A stretch of DNA of 64,000 nucleotides from Ginglymostoma cirratum (Eukaryota): the NCBI GenBank assembly GCA_024137785.1, contig JAHRHZ010000218.1:10067624-10131623 (forward strand), read 5' to 3'. The notes beneath the pieces are model-generated. The model did not search any database and had not been told where the DNA came from. It was given only the letters and a program-made list of their open reading frames with translations. The position numbers were made by a program, and so were the translations under genes. Below, piece by piece: positions 37,801 to 51,405 of this stretch (position 1 is the first letter of the stretch; the number at the start of each line of letters is the position of its first letter).

Positions 37801-38096
37801 ACATATTTGTTAACAGATATTTGACCCCATATCCTGACACTTTCACAACTACCTACATTTACCTCCATACCACCATCTACCTCCCCTCCTATTTCAACAA
37901 ATCTCATCCAAGGCTTTGTCAGCTTTAGACTTATTTATTCTAATGTCGCTCTTAACAAACTCCCATCTCTCAGACTGAATGCATTTCAACACATTCCACA
38001 TGAAGTCTCATTTGTTCATCATTTCTGTCCTTGCTGAATGCCAGTTTCCCAAAACTTCAGATTTAAATATCTGAATCTATTAGTTTATGCTCTCAG

Positions 38097-39590
38097 AGTC
38101 ATAGAGTTGTACAACACGGAAACAGACCTATCTGTCCAACCAGTCCATGCCAAACATAATCCTAAACCAAACTAGTCGCATCTGCCTGCTCCTGGCCCAT
38201 ATGCCCCCAAAACTTTCCTATTCATGTACTTATCCAAATGTCTTTTCAACATTGTAATTGTACCCATCTCCACCATTTCTTCAAAAAGTTCATTCCACAC
38301 GCAAACCACCCTCTGGTAAGTAAAATTGCCCTTCATCTTTTTTAAATCTCTGTCCTCTCACCTTGAAAATGTGTCCCCTAGTCTTGAAATCCTCCCTCCT
38401 AGGAAAAGACAATTACCATAAACTCTATCTATACCCCTCATTATTTTATAAATTTCTATCAGGTCTCCTCTCAACCTCCTATGCTCCAGTGAAAAAACTA
38501 CCAGCCTACCCAGCCTTTATGACTCAAACCTTCCATTCCTCGAATATCCTGGTAAATCTCTTCTGAACCCTCTCCAGCTTAATAATATCCTTCCTATAGC
38601 TGGGCAACTAGAACTAGATACAGTATTCCAGAAGAGGCCTCACCAATGTCCTGTACAACCTGAACTTGACTTCCCAACTCTTATACTCAAAGCAGTGAGC
38701 AACGAGGGCAAGTGCCCCAAACGCTTTTTTAATCACTCTATCTATATGTGATGCAATCTTCAAAGAATTATGTAGCTGAACGCCTGGTCTCTCTGTTCCA
38801 CAACACTACCCAAGGCCCTACCATTAATTGTATAAGGCCTACCCTTGTTTGTTGTACCAAAATGCAATCCCTCACATTTATCCAGATTCATAGATCATAG
38901 AATCTCTACAGTATGGAAACAGGCTCTTCGGCCCAACAAGTTCACACTGACCCACAGAGCATCCCACCCAGACCCATCCCCCTAGAACCCACCTAACCTA
39001 CACATTCCTGAATGCTATGGGTAATTTAGCATGGCCAATCCACCTATTCTGCACATCTTTGGACTGTGGGAGGAAACCGGAGCACCCGGAGGAAACCCAC
39101 ACAGACATGGGGAGAATGTGCAAACTCCACACAGACAGTCACCGGAGGGTGGAATCAAACCCAGATCCCTGGCGCTGTGAGGCAGCAGTGCTAACCATCT
39201 GCTGTTTTTCAGCCCATTGACACATTTGATCAAGATCCCTCTGTAATCTTAGAAAACCTTCTTCACTATCTACTATGCCACCAATTTTGGTGTTGTCAGC
39301 CATCTTACTAACCGAGCCTTCTCATCCAAATCATTGATATAAATGACAAACAAAAGAGGGCCCAACATTGATCCCTGTGGGACACCGCTGGTGATGGGCT
39401 TCCAGTCCAAAAAGCAAACTTCCACCACCACTCTCCTACTGTTAAGCCAATTGTGTATCCAATTGGTACGCTCTCTCTGAATCTCATGTGACCTAATTTT
39501 ACGAATTAATCTCCCATGTGGAACCTTATTAAAGACTTTACTAAAGCCCAAGTAAACAATGTCTACTGCTCTGCCTTCATCAATCTTCTC
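38097..39590 (-). mobile_element. CR1 LINE 3' ~1.2 kb, interrupted by an HE1-type SINE
   Basis: Minus ORF 39273-39698 contains RT motifs [22 protein letters not shown]...[23 protein letters not shown]. 3' tail at ~38097. Confidence 0.9.
38889..39197 (-). mobile_element. HE1-like V-SINE
   Basis: Minus strand: tRNA-like head (tggttagcactgctgcctcacagcgccagggatctgggtttgattcc), V-domain (gtgtggagtttgcacattctccccatgtctgtgtgggtttcctccgggtgctccggtttcctccc) and CR1-like tail. Confidence 0.9.
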
Positions 39591-39649
39591 TCCTGGAGTT
39601 ACACCTCCTAGCTCTAATGTAGTTCTATAACCACTGCCTTTTCCCATCC

Positions 39650-39940
39650 AGAATATTTTACAATCTTCCAGCTCTGGCCTTTTAGGATCAAACCACAATC
39701 ACTCCACCATTGGAAACTATGCTTTCTTCTACCTAGACCTCAAGATTTGATTTTCCCTGTTTAATTTCTTCTACTTTCAAAAATCCTTCTCTTCCTTTGT
39801 GACCTTGTTAAAAGTCACGTCTTTGACTGTGCTATTCATCAAGCATACTTCAGAATCTCCTTTTTATAATGTTCCTGTGGAGTATCTAAGGATATTTTTC
39901 TACACTCATGGCATTTTACGAGCATACATTGTTATTATCA
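39650..39940 (+). mobile_element. L2-like 3' end, probably continuous with the fragment at ~37830-38090 before the CR1 insertion
   Basis: Ends ...ctgtggagtatctaaggatatttttctacactcatggcattttacgagcatacattgttatt, resembling the reverse complement of the 28648 terminus. Confidence 0.45.
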
Positions 39941-42873
39941 ACCGTGTATAACCTCACAGAGGATTAGTCCCACCATAGTTTATCTCTTAAAAGTATCATT
40001 TGTTGTGAAAAAAAAATTGTTTTTGAGAGACAACCTGAGAAACACTTTGAAAAAATGATCAAAATATGTGTGCTGTAAGAAAATTGGATGGGGAGTGCAT
40101 GACAACTTTTAGGAAGCTCCCTGATCCATTTACCGGGTCACACTAAAGCAAGGCGCAAAGCTCAAAAGCCCTAAGGGGTCATAACCAAGAATTTCAAACA
40201 ATATCTACTGTTAGAAAACTCTTGTCCGGGAAATGTCTGTGAATGCGAATCAACTCAAGCTTTGCTTCATGACCTGTAGGCATCTCATTCTTTGGTAAGA
40301 TTAGTCACTAGGATCCCTGCAGGCATTCTGAGCTATTCAGAGAAGTGTACACAAAACATCCTTGCTGTCCAACCTCTCAGACAATTATTCTTTTCATTCT
40401 CTGAGTGAATCTCTGAGAATCTATGATATGACTAAATTGCACTCCATGTAGGTTCCAATTTTGGCATCACTTTTAAGCAGCTCAAAACCTCTGTGTCAGG
40501 AAAGAAGAAAACAAAAAGGTTAATGAGAAAGAATGGTTTATGTTTTAATCAAGGTGTCACATAATGTCCAAAAAGATAGAAGATCAACACATTGCGATGG
40601 CTGATGCCAAACTAGAGGAATTACTATTTCTCCCATCACTTCATAAAAGTATTTCTTAATTTAGAAAATTGCCCTTAAGTGGCCTCTGTTGTAGTAGAAA
40701 TATACCCAGTATCTCACGTTTCTTCTTCAAACCATAAGCCCTGATTTTAAAGTAACATGCCCAGGGGGAATGGATGAGCTTGGATGGCATGCCCTCTTTA
40801 TACCCCATTTCAGTTCACTGTCTATTAAGTTTTATGGAGAGTAAAGTCAGGTGGGCTGTAAAACTAGGCCCCTGCTGACACTGTCCCATTTCTGCGTAGG
40901 TGGGTTATGTTGACATTGGGGCTCATAATGTTCTTATCCTGGCATTTTACACTGTTACATACCGAAGTATAATTGAAAATAAGTCCAGTTATAACCTAAC
41001 ATCGTTGATATTTTTGTAAATATTAGAATTCTATGCTTTGAAATTAAGCAAGTAAATATATATTTTATATATATATGCTTTTTTAAAATAGTTTTCAAAT
41101 TTTATGACAGGGTCCCTGCTATGTTGGCAGGTTCAGAATTTTCAGTATCGTATCCTAGAGCACAAGAACCATTCCAGTTTCAGCCTTGCTAATTCCGATC
41201 ATCATTTTATTAACAAAATCAAAGTCTATCTTTTAGACTCCTTCCCAAACTCTTTTACCATTATTCAGTATCAGCTTCCTTTGTGAATTGTCTTTGGATA
41301 TCTTCCATGTTAAATACAGTGTATAAATTTGTATAATTGTAGCTGATTGTTAGGATACAATTGAACAAGATAATCAAACCCCTTGCTTGCAAACTATGTC
41401 AACTAATTCAATTTGTCTCTCTAGGGCATTTCATTCAACATTTTCTTTGTTTAGAATATATAACCTCCTTAATATCATTATATTAAGACTGATGATTTGT
41501 ATATATTTTTAAACAAGTTAAAGAAGTTCCCAAAACTGAGTGGAGGGTTCTTATCTATTTATGATCCTTTCATACAAACTTTGGCATCTGTGTATAATAC
41601 AGAATATAGGAAAATTATAAACACATTGAAATATTGAAGAATTCTTTCAGAATTTCCCTGACTAAGTCTTAGAAAATTTTGAGCCTTATTTCTGAAATGA
41701 CCTTATTGTCAGCTTGTGCATCGATGCAACCATGTCAGGCTCTGAGCTGTGCTGTATCAGGTACGATGGATAAAAGAGTTGCCCACTTATCTCCACTCTT
41801 GCCTGGAATGGTAGCGCAGCCAACAAATGTTATAATTTTACTGTATATACAACGTCTCAGATACTACAACATCTGCCTTATTCTTCCAGTCTGACTAATG
41901 AATTCATCCACTTGACAGTAAGAAACCACCCTGGGTAACTCCCTCACAGAAGTCTTTTCATGGCAGTACTTTTGCATCTGAGAGTCTCTTATCTAATTAC
42001 TAATGTTACAAAGCTCTAAGGAAGTTAGTCCAAGAAAAACCGTGCTAGAACAAAAGAAAATTAGAAGTTAATGTAATTTCATTCCAAAAGCCACAATCTT
42101 CCTGGCAGAAATAAATTGCAAGATAAGTTGTAGAAAGAAGATACATTGTCAAATTCCATAATTCTTTCATGAGTGAGCCAGGTACAATGTGTAGGCAGCA
42201 GTCCACTGAATTAGCCGCAATAAATAATCAGTTTATTTGACATTTTTGTAATTCAGCAGATTATAGGACTAAGCATTGGCAGTGGGAGGTACCATGATAG
42301 ATTGCTCAAACATACAGAATTCACAGTTAAACATATACGTTTGTATTGTAAATGGTGTACCACTTTTCTTAGAATTCTATATTTTTAACCATGATACTCC
42401 TTTGAATATTGTTTTCACCCATTGCATAAATTCTTGCAACTCAGTCGCAACTTTATCGGGATGAAGCAACCGATTCAATTGTAAACTGATAATGCCCATA
42501 CTGCATGCCACTTCTGATAAAGGACCAGACCATTTCTGACTGAGATTGCACCACCACAGTTCATATTTCTCTTTAAGCTGTGGAAATGTTGAAGATGAGC
42601 TTGAGTAATGATCCTTGCCAATAAAACTTGCCAAGCAAGACCTGGCTTAGATTTGACAGGGCATTTTAAGCTAACTTGAAGAAGGATTTGTACTAAATGA
42701 TGATTTCCTGATATTAATGTCATTAAAACAGCAAATACTGGAACAATGCAGCAAGGTAAATGCCCACTATCTTTTCATATTCATTTACAAGAAGAGTAGA
42801 AACCCTGGAAAAGAATGTAAATGATCATATATGCTATTTTATCATGGTTTCTGCTTAAGACCCACATTCTACA

Positions 42874-43160
42874 ATCATTGAATCCTTCCACTGTGGATAC
42901 AGAACGCGTCCCATCAAATCCACACCAATTCTCTGAAAAGCATCTCACTCAGACCCAAAACCCCTACCCTATCTCTGTAAACCTGCATTTCCCATAGCTG
43001 TTCCACCTAACCCGCACATATTTGTGGGAGGAAACCGAAGCTCCCAGAGGACACTCACACAGACACAGGGAGAATGTGCAAACATTACGTGAGGCTAGAA
43101 TTGAACCTTGGTCCCTGGCACTGTGAGGCAGCAGTGGTAACCACTGAGCCACTGTACACC
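42874..43160 (-). mobile_element. HE1-like V-SINE
   Basis: Same head, V-domain and tail as 38889-39197, more diverged. Confidence 0.85.
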
Positions 43161-43450
43161 CATCATAGGAAATCAGCATAGGGCCCACATTCAGGTGGAG
43201 AATATTTATGTGACGTGTTAACTTTTAGTTACTTTTTATCAATGTTGGTCTGCTATGCTTAAGAGTTTCTTGTTTTTATGTCAGATTTCCTGTTGGCCTG
43301 TTGACTTTTACTTCACATACTGTTTTTTGTTAATGTCTGTTGGACAATACGGGCAGATCTGCCTGTCTTGCTGATTACTCAATTTCTAAGAAGAAGTGAT
43401 GTGTCATCTTCTTCTTGTATCCTTATGGCAATGCTGCTGTCTTTGGGTAA

Positions 43451-44312
43451 TGTGATGCAAGCTGTGTGATTTAAATCCATCTTACTATTATTTATTTTAG
43501 AGTTTGGATTTTGATCTAGTGGCATATGGGTTATAGGTCTGTGTCAGTATTTCTACAGCCATTTTTTCTTTAAACTAGTATGAGAGAGGGAGTACCTGGA
43601 GGGTTAATGGGAATTTGTTTGCATTTGGAGGGCATTTGAAGTGGACAGTGTAAACATTGATGATAATTTGTTTTCAGTTAAACGGATCAGGAATTGATTA
43701 TTTTTCACAGGCTGAAAAGCTTTTGGTGTTAGTTTGAGAATTTCTCATTTAAGTTAGATATACAAATCCAGGTCTTCCAGATGAAAGGAGATACGATAAA
43801 GCTGTTAAGAAATAGGCTAACTCAGTATGAGGATTTTAGTTTCGCTGTTCCAGACCAGAAATGTTTGGTTAGAATCCTGACAGGATCATCCAAGGCTAAG
43901 AAAATCTAAGCTCAGTTTTTGGTATCCAAGGAAGATGTTATCAAAATCTCAAAATTAGGAATTAAAAGAAACTTTGTTAAAAAACCTAGAGATGTGATAA
44001 AGAAGAGATTTCCCTCTGGAATTTTCCATGCCGTAACATAATTGTTTTGGGATCAATGGGATTGCATTTTGTATATTTTTAAATGTTTTTCTTTGCATAT
44101 ATAATGTAATTAGTCCTTTTCTATTTTGTCTTTATTTCTTTGGTATAATAAACTTCTGTTTTATTGTTATAACCAAATCTGCAGAATTGTATGTTTGTGT
44201 TTTAATGAAAAGCCAGCTTATTAAATAAAAACAAACAAAATATGATCAATCAAGCCAAATTTCAATCTGGGATCTAACTTGTCCAGTGATAACATCAACT
44301 GGGATCCTAACA
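43451..44312 (+). mobile_element. LTR-like element (left boundary uncertain)
   Basis: Ends ...ctgggatcctaaca with an internal AATAAA at ~44147, and has TG...CA-type termini. No clear TSD. Confidence 0.35.
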
Positions 44313-45835
44313 GTGGACATTCTTGAATAGCAAGTCATTACAATTTCAGCTAATAACATGTTTTGTTTTGTCAGATTAACAGTCTCTTGATTAGTAGAAT
44401 GATTGCAGGATTATTACATTAAAACAGACTAATATTGTGATAGCTGGCAGTGAAGATGCTATCATTTACAGAATGGTATAGTCCAAAATTTTAAAAGCTA
44501 AATGAACAGTTAAACTGTCACCATTGCATTATAAATCTCTGGATAGTTCCTTCACTTTTGACAAGATTCTAGAATATGTTTGTCTTACAGAACTTCACAT
44601 CTCTTTTGCGATAGTACATGCGAAGCAGAAGAATTTCCTTTATGCCAAAATTATTGACCACAAAATTAAACACATTTGATTTATTATAGACTGGTTGTGA
44701 TTGAGGTATAAGCTTGTAGGCTGAGACTATTAAATGAGTCACTCAAGAAGCAAACTGCTATTCCACCTCCCTGAGCCAAATCATTGTAATTTTGTGCATG
44801 GTGTATTGTTTCAGAAAGATATGGTCTACTGACTTAACAGAGAACAATTTTAGAATAATTTCTTTTGGAGCACTCAAGATCATTTAACTCTGTCTTTTAA
44901 GGCAAGAAATAAGTCTGTGTAAAAATACGCAAAGTTTGATCCTTTTTAGGAACTTCTGAATTATTAAACATCTACATACCACCAAGATTTCCCGGATATA
45001 TCATACTGAAAATAAACTTTGCTCAGTTGTCATATGGTGGTACTTAATTGTGGGAGAAATATTCATTGCTGTTAGGTTGACAGACTATTCAAAGCAAGTT
45101 TGTTAGGGTTTATGTAAATGACTTTTAGGGATACTGTCTTGAAGTTTCCATGTTGTCCTCTCTTACACTCTGTTATTCAATATAATCAGTAAGGGACAAC
45201 ATAATGAAAGCTCATTAATACAAACTATACCCTTGTGGAGAAGAGGAATAATAATTCCTTATGAGAAACTTACATTTGGTGACAAAATTGGACTTACTGT
45301 TCTGTTTCATGGGCCAAAGGATTATGGTGAGTGAGTTGGTGCCTTCGTGGATTCGTTTTCATATAGTTATGTTTCAAATTGATTTAAAGATCCAACTTTA
45401 TTGCTGAGGATTGTATAATCATTTATTAAGTATATTGAGTTTTCAGACAAAAAGATTTTAGAAAACCGAAGAGCGTGTGCTATAGAAATGAAATACTGTT
45501 AAGCATTAGAATTTGGATATTTCTGTCCAGCTCTTGCTATTCCCCCTGTTCAAAACAAAATCATGAAGGCATCCTCATAATAATTCTCATTCATAGATTT
45601 AAACTGATGAGTATCTGTCTGTGAACTATAAGGTCTGGGGACCGTTCTTCCTTTGCGAGTAATTGTTCCAATTGTGACATAGATCTGGAGAATGAGGCAA
45701 ACACATTGCATAATTAATAAAAAAAAGACTATTGCTTCAAAATCCAACACAAATTCTTTCACAATGTACAATTATATTTCCATATTAAATCACATTCTTG
45801 TCATTCTGCTTTTGGCTCATACAAAGCACAATCAT

Positions 45836-47740
45836 GAGGAGGCTATAGCCTAGAGGTATTTTTGCTTGACTATGAATCCAGAAACTCAGCTAACATTCTG
45901 GGGGCCTGGGCTTGAATCCTGCTGTTTAAATTTGAATTCAATAAAAGTACCTGGAAGTAAGAATCTAAAAATGACCATGAAACCATTGTCGATTATTGAA
46001 AAACCCAACTGGTTCACCAATGCCCTTCATGGAAGGAAATCTGCCATCCTCACCTAGTCTGGCCTACATGTGACACCAGAACCACAGCAATGTGGTTGAC
46101 TTGCAACTGCCCTCTGAAATGGCTTAGCATGCCATTCAGTTGTGTCAATCGCTACAAAGAATCAAAGAAATGAAACCGGACAGAACACCTGACATTGACC
46201 TTGGCACCGGAAAAGCTAACAGTGGCACAGCACTGACAATGCTGAAAGTCCTCTTTACTAACACCTGGGGGATTGTGCCAAAATTGGGAGAGCTGTCACA
46301 TAGACTGATCAAGCAACAGGCTGACATAGTCATACTCACAGGATCGTATAATGTCCCAAACACCACCATCACCATCCCTGGATATGCCCTGTCCCACCGG
46401 CAGGACAGAGCCAGCGGAGGTGGCAGCAGAGTGGTACATAGTCTGGAGGGTATTCCCCGGGGAGTCCTCAACATTGACTCCCGACATTATGAAGTCCCAT
46501 AGCTTCAGGTTAAACATGGGCAAGGGAACTTTCTACTGATTACCACATACCGCTCTCCTTAGGCTGATAATTCAGTATGCCTTCACGCTGAACAACACTG
46601 AGATGAAACGCTGAGGATGGCAAGTGCACAAAATGTACACTCTGTGAGGGATTTTAATGTCCACCACCAAGAGTGGCTCAGCAGCAGTACTACTGATCGA
46701 GATGGTTGGGTCCTAAAGGGCGTAGCTGCTAAATTAAGTTGGTAGCATGTGGTGAGGGAACCAACAAGAGGGAAAAACATACTTGACCTCATCCTTACCG
46801 ATTTACTGGCTGCAGATGCATCTGTCCATGACAGTACCGATAAGAGTGATCACCATACAGTCCTTGTGGAGACAAAGTCCTGCCTTCACAATGAGAAAAC
46901 ATTTCATCATGTTGTGTGTCACCATGATAAATGGGATGGACTTTGAACAGATCCAGCATCTCAAGATGAGCCATCCGTGAGGTTCCAATGGCCATTAACA
47001 TAGCAGAATTGAACTTTAGCAAAATCTGCAAACTCAAGGGGTGCATATCCCCCACTCAACTGTTACCATCAAGCCAGGAGCCTGGTTAAGTAGCATGCAG
47101 GGGGGCATGTGAGGAGCAGCACCAGGCATACCTGAAAATGAGGTGTCAACCTGGTGAAGCCACCAAACAGGACTTCTTGCATGCCAAGCAGCATAAACAG
47201 CAAGTGATAGATAGAGTTAAGTGATTCCACAAAAAATGGGTCAGATCTAAGCTCTGCAGTCCTGCCACATCCAGTTGTAAACGATGGTGGACAACCCTGT
47301 TAGGGTTCCAGCAGAACCACTCAGCCTTGGTTCAAACATGGACAAAAGAACTAAATTCCAGAGATGAGGTGAGAGTGACAGCCCTTGGTATCAAGGCTGC
47401 TTTCAACCAAATATGGCTTCAAGGAGCACGAGCAAAACTGGAATCAATAGGTATCAGGGAACAAACTCTTCAAGGTTTGGAGTCATACCTGGCACATAGG
47501 AAGATGGTTGTAGTTGTTGGGGGTCAGTCATCTCAGATCCAGGACATCTCTGCAGGAATTCCTCAGGGTTGGGTCCTCAGCCCAATCGGCTCTCCACGTG
47601 TAAATAAAGGCTGATTTGGTGATGGGATACTGGCCTCTGTGGGGTTATTTTGCCACCACCTTCTCAAGGGCAACTACAGATGGGCAATAAATTCTGGCCA
47701 GCCTGCAACAGCCACATCCCATAAAATGAATAAAATAAAA
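45836..47740 (+). mobile_element. Internally deleted LINE (CR1-group-like APE endonuclease + RT) with tRNA-like 5' head
   Basis: APE motifs LKVLFTNTWGIVPKLGEL...DIVILTGSY...IPGY...RQDRASGGG and PTRGKNILDLILTD...SDHHTV. RT motifs VTALGIKAAFNQIW...AGIPQGWVLSP. A-rich 3' end and possible 6-bp TSD AATCAT at 45830-45835 / 47740-47745. Confidence 0.85.
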
Positions 47741-48244
47741 ATCATCCCATGTCCATTGTTTTTTAAGCACAGGCATTTCAGTTTTGATATTCTGTCTTTC
47801 GTGATACATTTTCAAAATGCATTTTTCTTTATTTACTCAAGAAGCCAAACTGACAGCATAATGTTATGCATATGCAATAAACTGCAGCTATAAGTGCTAT
47901 TGCTGCAAAGCAACTTCAAGTCATCTAGTGGGAGACATGAGTTAAGAGTGATTTAAGAGTGGGAGAAGTGGAGTGAGCGTACTGACTTAACAGGACTGGG
48001 CACATGGATGCCCTATTGAACTTAACATCCAGGGACTATTCTAAACATTTTTTCTTCTACACTTGACTAGCAGCTGATCAAACTTACAACCTGACAAGAA
48101 ATCAGAGGGATGAAATGATGGTAGCAAGGTGAAACCCAGGACCCTTTGAGCAAGTCCCCAAAACTTTTGAAAAGGTAAGGTTGGTTATTGCAATAGGGGA
48201 AGGTACTTTAATGAAGAAGCTACTCCATGAAAGGGTGAAGATAG

Positions 48245-48472
48245 TCAAATAATTCCACAGAGGCCCGTATCCCACACCAAGTCACCCTTTATTTACACAT
48301 GAACACTCCTTGACTATAGCAATGGCTCATTCAGACTTAGATACTCAACATCTCTGACACTCACCCTTTTAAATGTCAACCAGGGCTCCCTGATTGGACC
48401 AGATTAACAGCGCCAATCAGGGAACTCACAGTCTATGATGTCCAGCCAGCTGACATTGTTATAATCACTACA
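48245..48472 (-). mobile_element. Solo LTR
   Basis: Reverse complement starts TGTAGTGAT and is homologous along its length to 57076-57310. 5-bp TSD GATAG/GATGG. Confidence 0.75.
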
Positions 48473-49194
48473 GATGGGAAATCAGCATTGTGGGTGGGAC
48501 AGAGAAAGAGTGTGATCAACAAAGGGAAGTCTTGCCCCTCCTGGCCCACAAGGAGTGCTAGAAAAGCTGATTACGTGCAGAAAATTCAGATTTTGATTCC
48601 ATTTCACCACTGGACTTTAAAACTTCAGTGAAGTTGTGATCTCGCTTGTAAAAACTGTTTTTTTCCAAGTGCTTTTCTGTATTTTTAGTTGTGCACTGAA
48701 ATGTGAAAATTACAGTTGTAAAACAAAGGAAAATTGCAGCATGGGTGAAAGCAAATAACTTGACATTGTCTGCAAGCATTGTTTATACAGTCTCTTGTGA
48801 TCCAGTAACTGAAGCATAGTTGCAGATGAACTGGAGCTGAGGGTAGGTGTACACATGGAGTTTTAACTGGACACAATAAGTTGTCCAGTTTGCTGACTAG
48901 TGACACATTACCAATGACAATTACGTGATTGGTTCTCAGGTACCTGAACAGCTTGAGGCTGTGAATAAGATACAGAGAGGCCTTTGGAGCATCACCAGTT
49001 TAGGATCTCTCTTTGTTCTCTGCAATAAGCCATTTTAAGCCAGAACAAATGAGTTTATCTTCAAGTAGCTGCTCTAAGCTGTGGCATTTGGTCAGTAAGT
49101 CCTTTGATCAGTGAGCCAGTCACTGTATGCCTCTTGGTAACCAGTAGAAGTATCCAGAAAAGAATGACTGAGCAGTAGCATTCTCATCAGCACA

Positions 49195-51405
49195 AGAATC
49201 AAATTTTTGAGCTCCATTCAAGAGAGCTTTCTCTTCAACCTATGACAAACCCAATAGAAAGGGTGTAATTTTAGACTGGATCTGCGGATTTGAAGCTGGG
49301 CAGGTGAATGAAATAGCAATGCGTTCACATTTTGGAGACAGTGACCATAATGCAGCTAAATGTAGCATAATTATAGAATGAGTCAAAGATAAAGCTTGAC
49401 TAAATTAAGGAAAGGTAAGTTTTACAAAGCTGAGAGATGATTTGACAGAAGTGGACTGGATACAGCTATATGAAGGCAAGTCACCAGAAATTAGTGAGAA
49501 GCATTCAAAAGCGAGATTCTAGAGGCAAAATATGTATGTGTCCCCACATGAAAAGGTGTAAAACTGTCTAATCTAAAGCTGTGCTTGTTTCACAGAAACA
49601 TACAGGGTAAGATGAAACATAAAAATGATGGCAATCTCAAAAAAAAACTTATTTTGTAGCTTGGAGGAGCATAGAAGGTGAATAAAACATGAAATGAGAA
49701 ACACAATTAGGAAAGTAAAGAGAGGTTAAAAAAATGGCGATTAAACTGAAAGAAAATCCAAAGATGTTTTATCAGTACACAAAGAGCTAAAGGATGACTA
49801 AGGAATGTGTTGGGTATATCAGAGATATACACTGTAACTTGTGTGTGAATACTGAAGATTTGTTCAGTGTTCTTAATGACTGCTTTGTGTTTGCAAAGAT
49901 GATAGAGAAATCCTAGTTAAAAAGGAGGATTAAAAAAAACTCAATAAAAATAAGCATAATCAGAAGTATTGGAAGGGCTGATTCCTTGACGGCAGATAAA
50001 TCACCAGGGCTCAATCAATTGTTACCTTAAAGGAAGCCAGGGAATAAATAACAAATGGTCATGGGAATCATTTTCAATCTTCACCATATACAGGCAAGGT
50101 TCTAGAGATCTGTGAATGTTGGACCATTTCACAATGGTGAGCAAATTTCTAGAATTAATATAAAATATAGGATTATATGTCACTTAGTAATGTGTGGATT
50201 AATCAAAGATAGTCAACATGGTTTTGTTAAGGGATGGCTGTGTATTACTTACATGATTGATTTTTGTTTTGAAGTAGTAACAAGGCAAATCGGGTGAGTT
50301 GGATCCAAAATTGAGTGACAGGAAACTTGTCAGGTAATTGTCAAGAGATGTTTTTCTGAATGGAAATTGGTTTCTATTGGTTCCATAGGGCTTAGTGCTA
50401 AGTTCTTTGCTGTTTGTGGTATATATTAACACTTCAGACTCAAATGTGGAAGGCATGATTAGGAAGATCAGAAATGTTGGGAAAATTGGCCAAATGGTTG
50501 AACCTGGAGAGAAACGGCTGTTGACCGCAGGATGGTAACAATGATTTGTAAGTGGCAAATGCAACTGAATCTAGAGAAGTATGAAGTTGGTATTCGGGAG
50601 AAAAAAGGAAAGAAGAGAATTCGCAATAAATGGAAAGATATTGAGAAGGATAGACAAAGTGAGAGATGTTGGAATACTTGACCACAGGATCCTGAAGATG
50701 GCAGGACAGGCAGATCTGATAGTAGTGAAGAGGTTTTTCTGTATTAGGTGAGGTTTCAAACACAAAAGCAAGGATAAAATACTGGAACTACACAAGACAT
50801 AGGCCACAGTTGGAGTTTAGTCTGTGTTCTAGTCACCACACTACAGGAAAGACATAATTGCTCTAGAGAATACAGGGGAGATTCACAAAAATGTTGCCAG
50901 CAATGTTCAATTTAAGCTGCATGACTTCAGAGATTCCACATATGCCGATTGATGTGTTGACACTTTGACTCTCGGATCATAAAGACACCTCTACATACAA
51001 ACAGAGATCTGAGCAGCAGCAGGAAAATAATTACAGGAAAAGTCAATTGCCAGGACTTGATAATTGCAGCTTCATTGAAAGTTTGGGTCCGTTGAAGTTG
51101 TTTTCCTTTGAACAGAGGAAACTGAGAGGTGACTTATTTCAGGTGTACATACTAATGAAGGGATTGGGTAGAATGGACTGGGAATACTTGTTTCCCCCAA
51201 ATAGAGAGGTGATTCATAGAAGCATTAGAGGACACATGTGGAAAAATGTTTTCCACCCAGCCCAACTATGTGTGGAAGCCCTCAACTCATTTAAAAAGAA
51301 CTTTGATCTGCACCTGAAGCATTGTAACCTGCAAGGCTAAGTGCTAGAAAGTGGGAATAGAATAAACCCTCGCAGACATGATGAGCTGAAAGGCTTACTT
51401 CCTTG
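49195..51405 (+). mobile_element. Old, fragmented CR1 LINE (endonuclease end, RT, 3' end)
   Basis: Recognisable decayed motifs HFGDSDHN (~49327), LIKDSQHGFVKGWLCIT (ORF 50112), LKLFSFEQRKLRGDLFQVY (ORF 51047). Confidence 0.8.
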
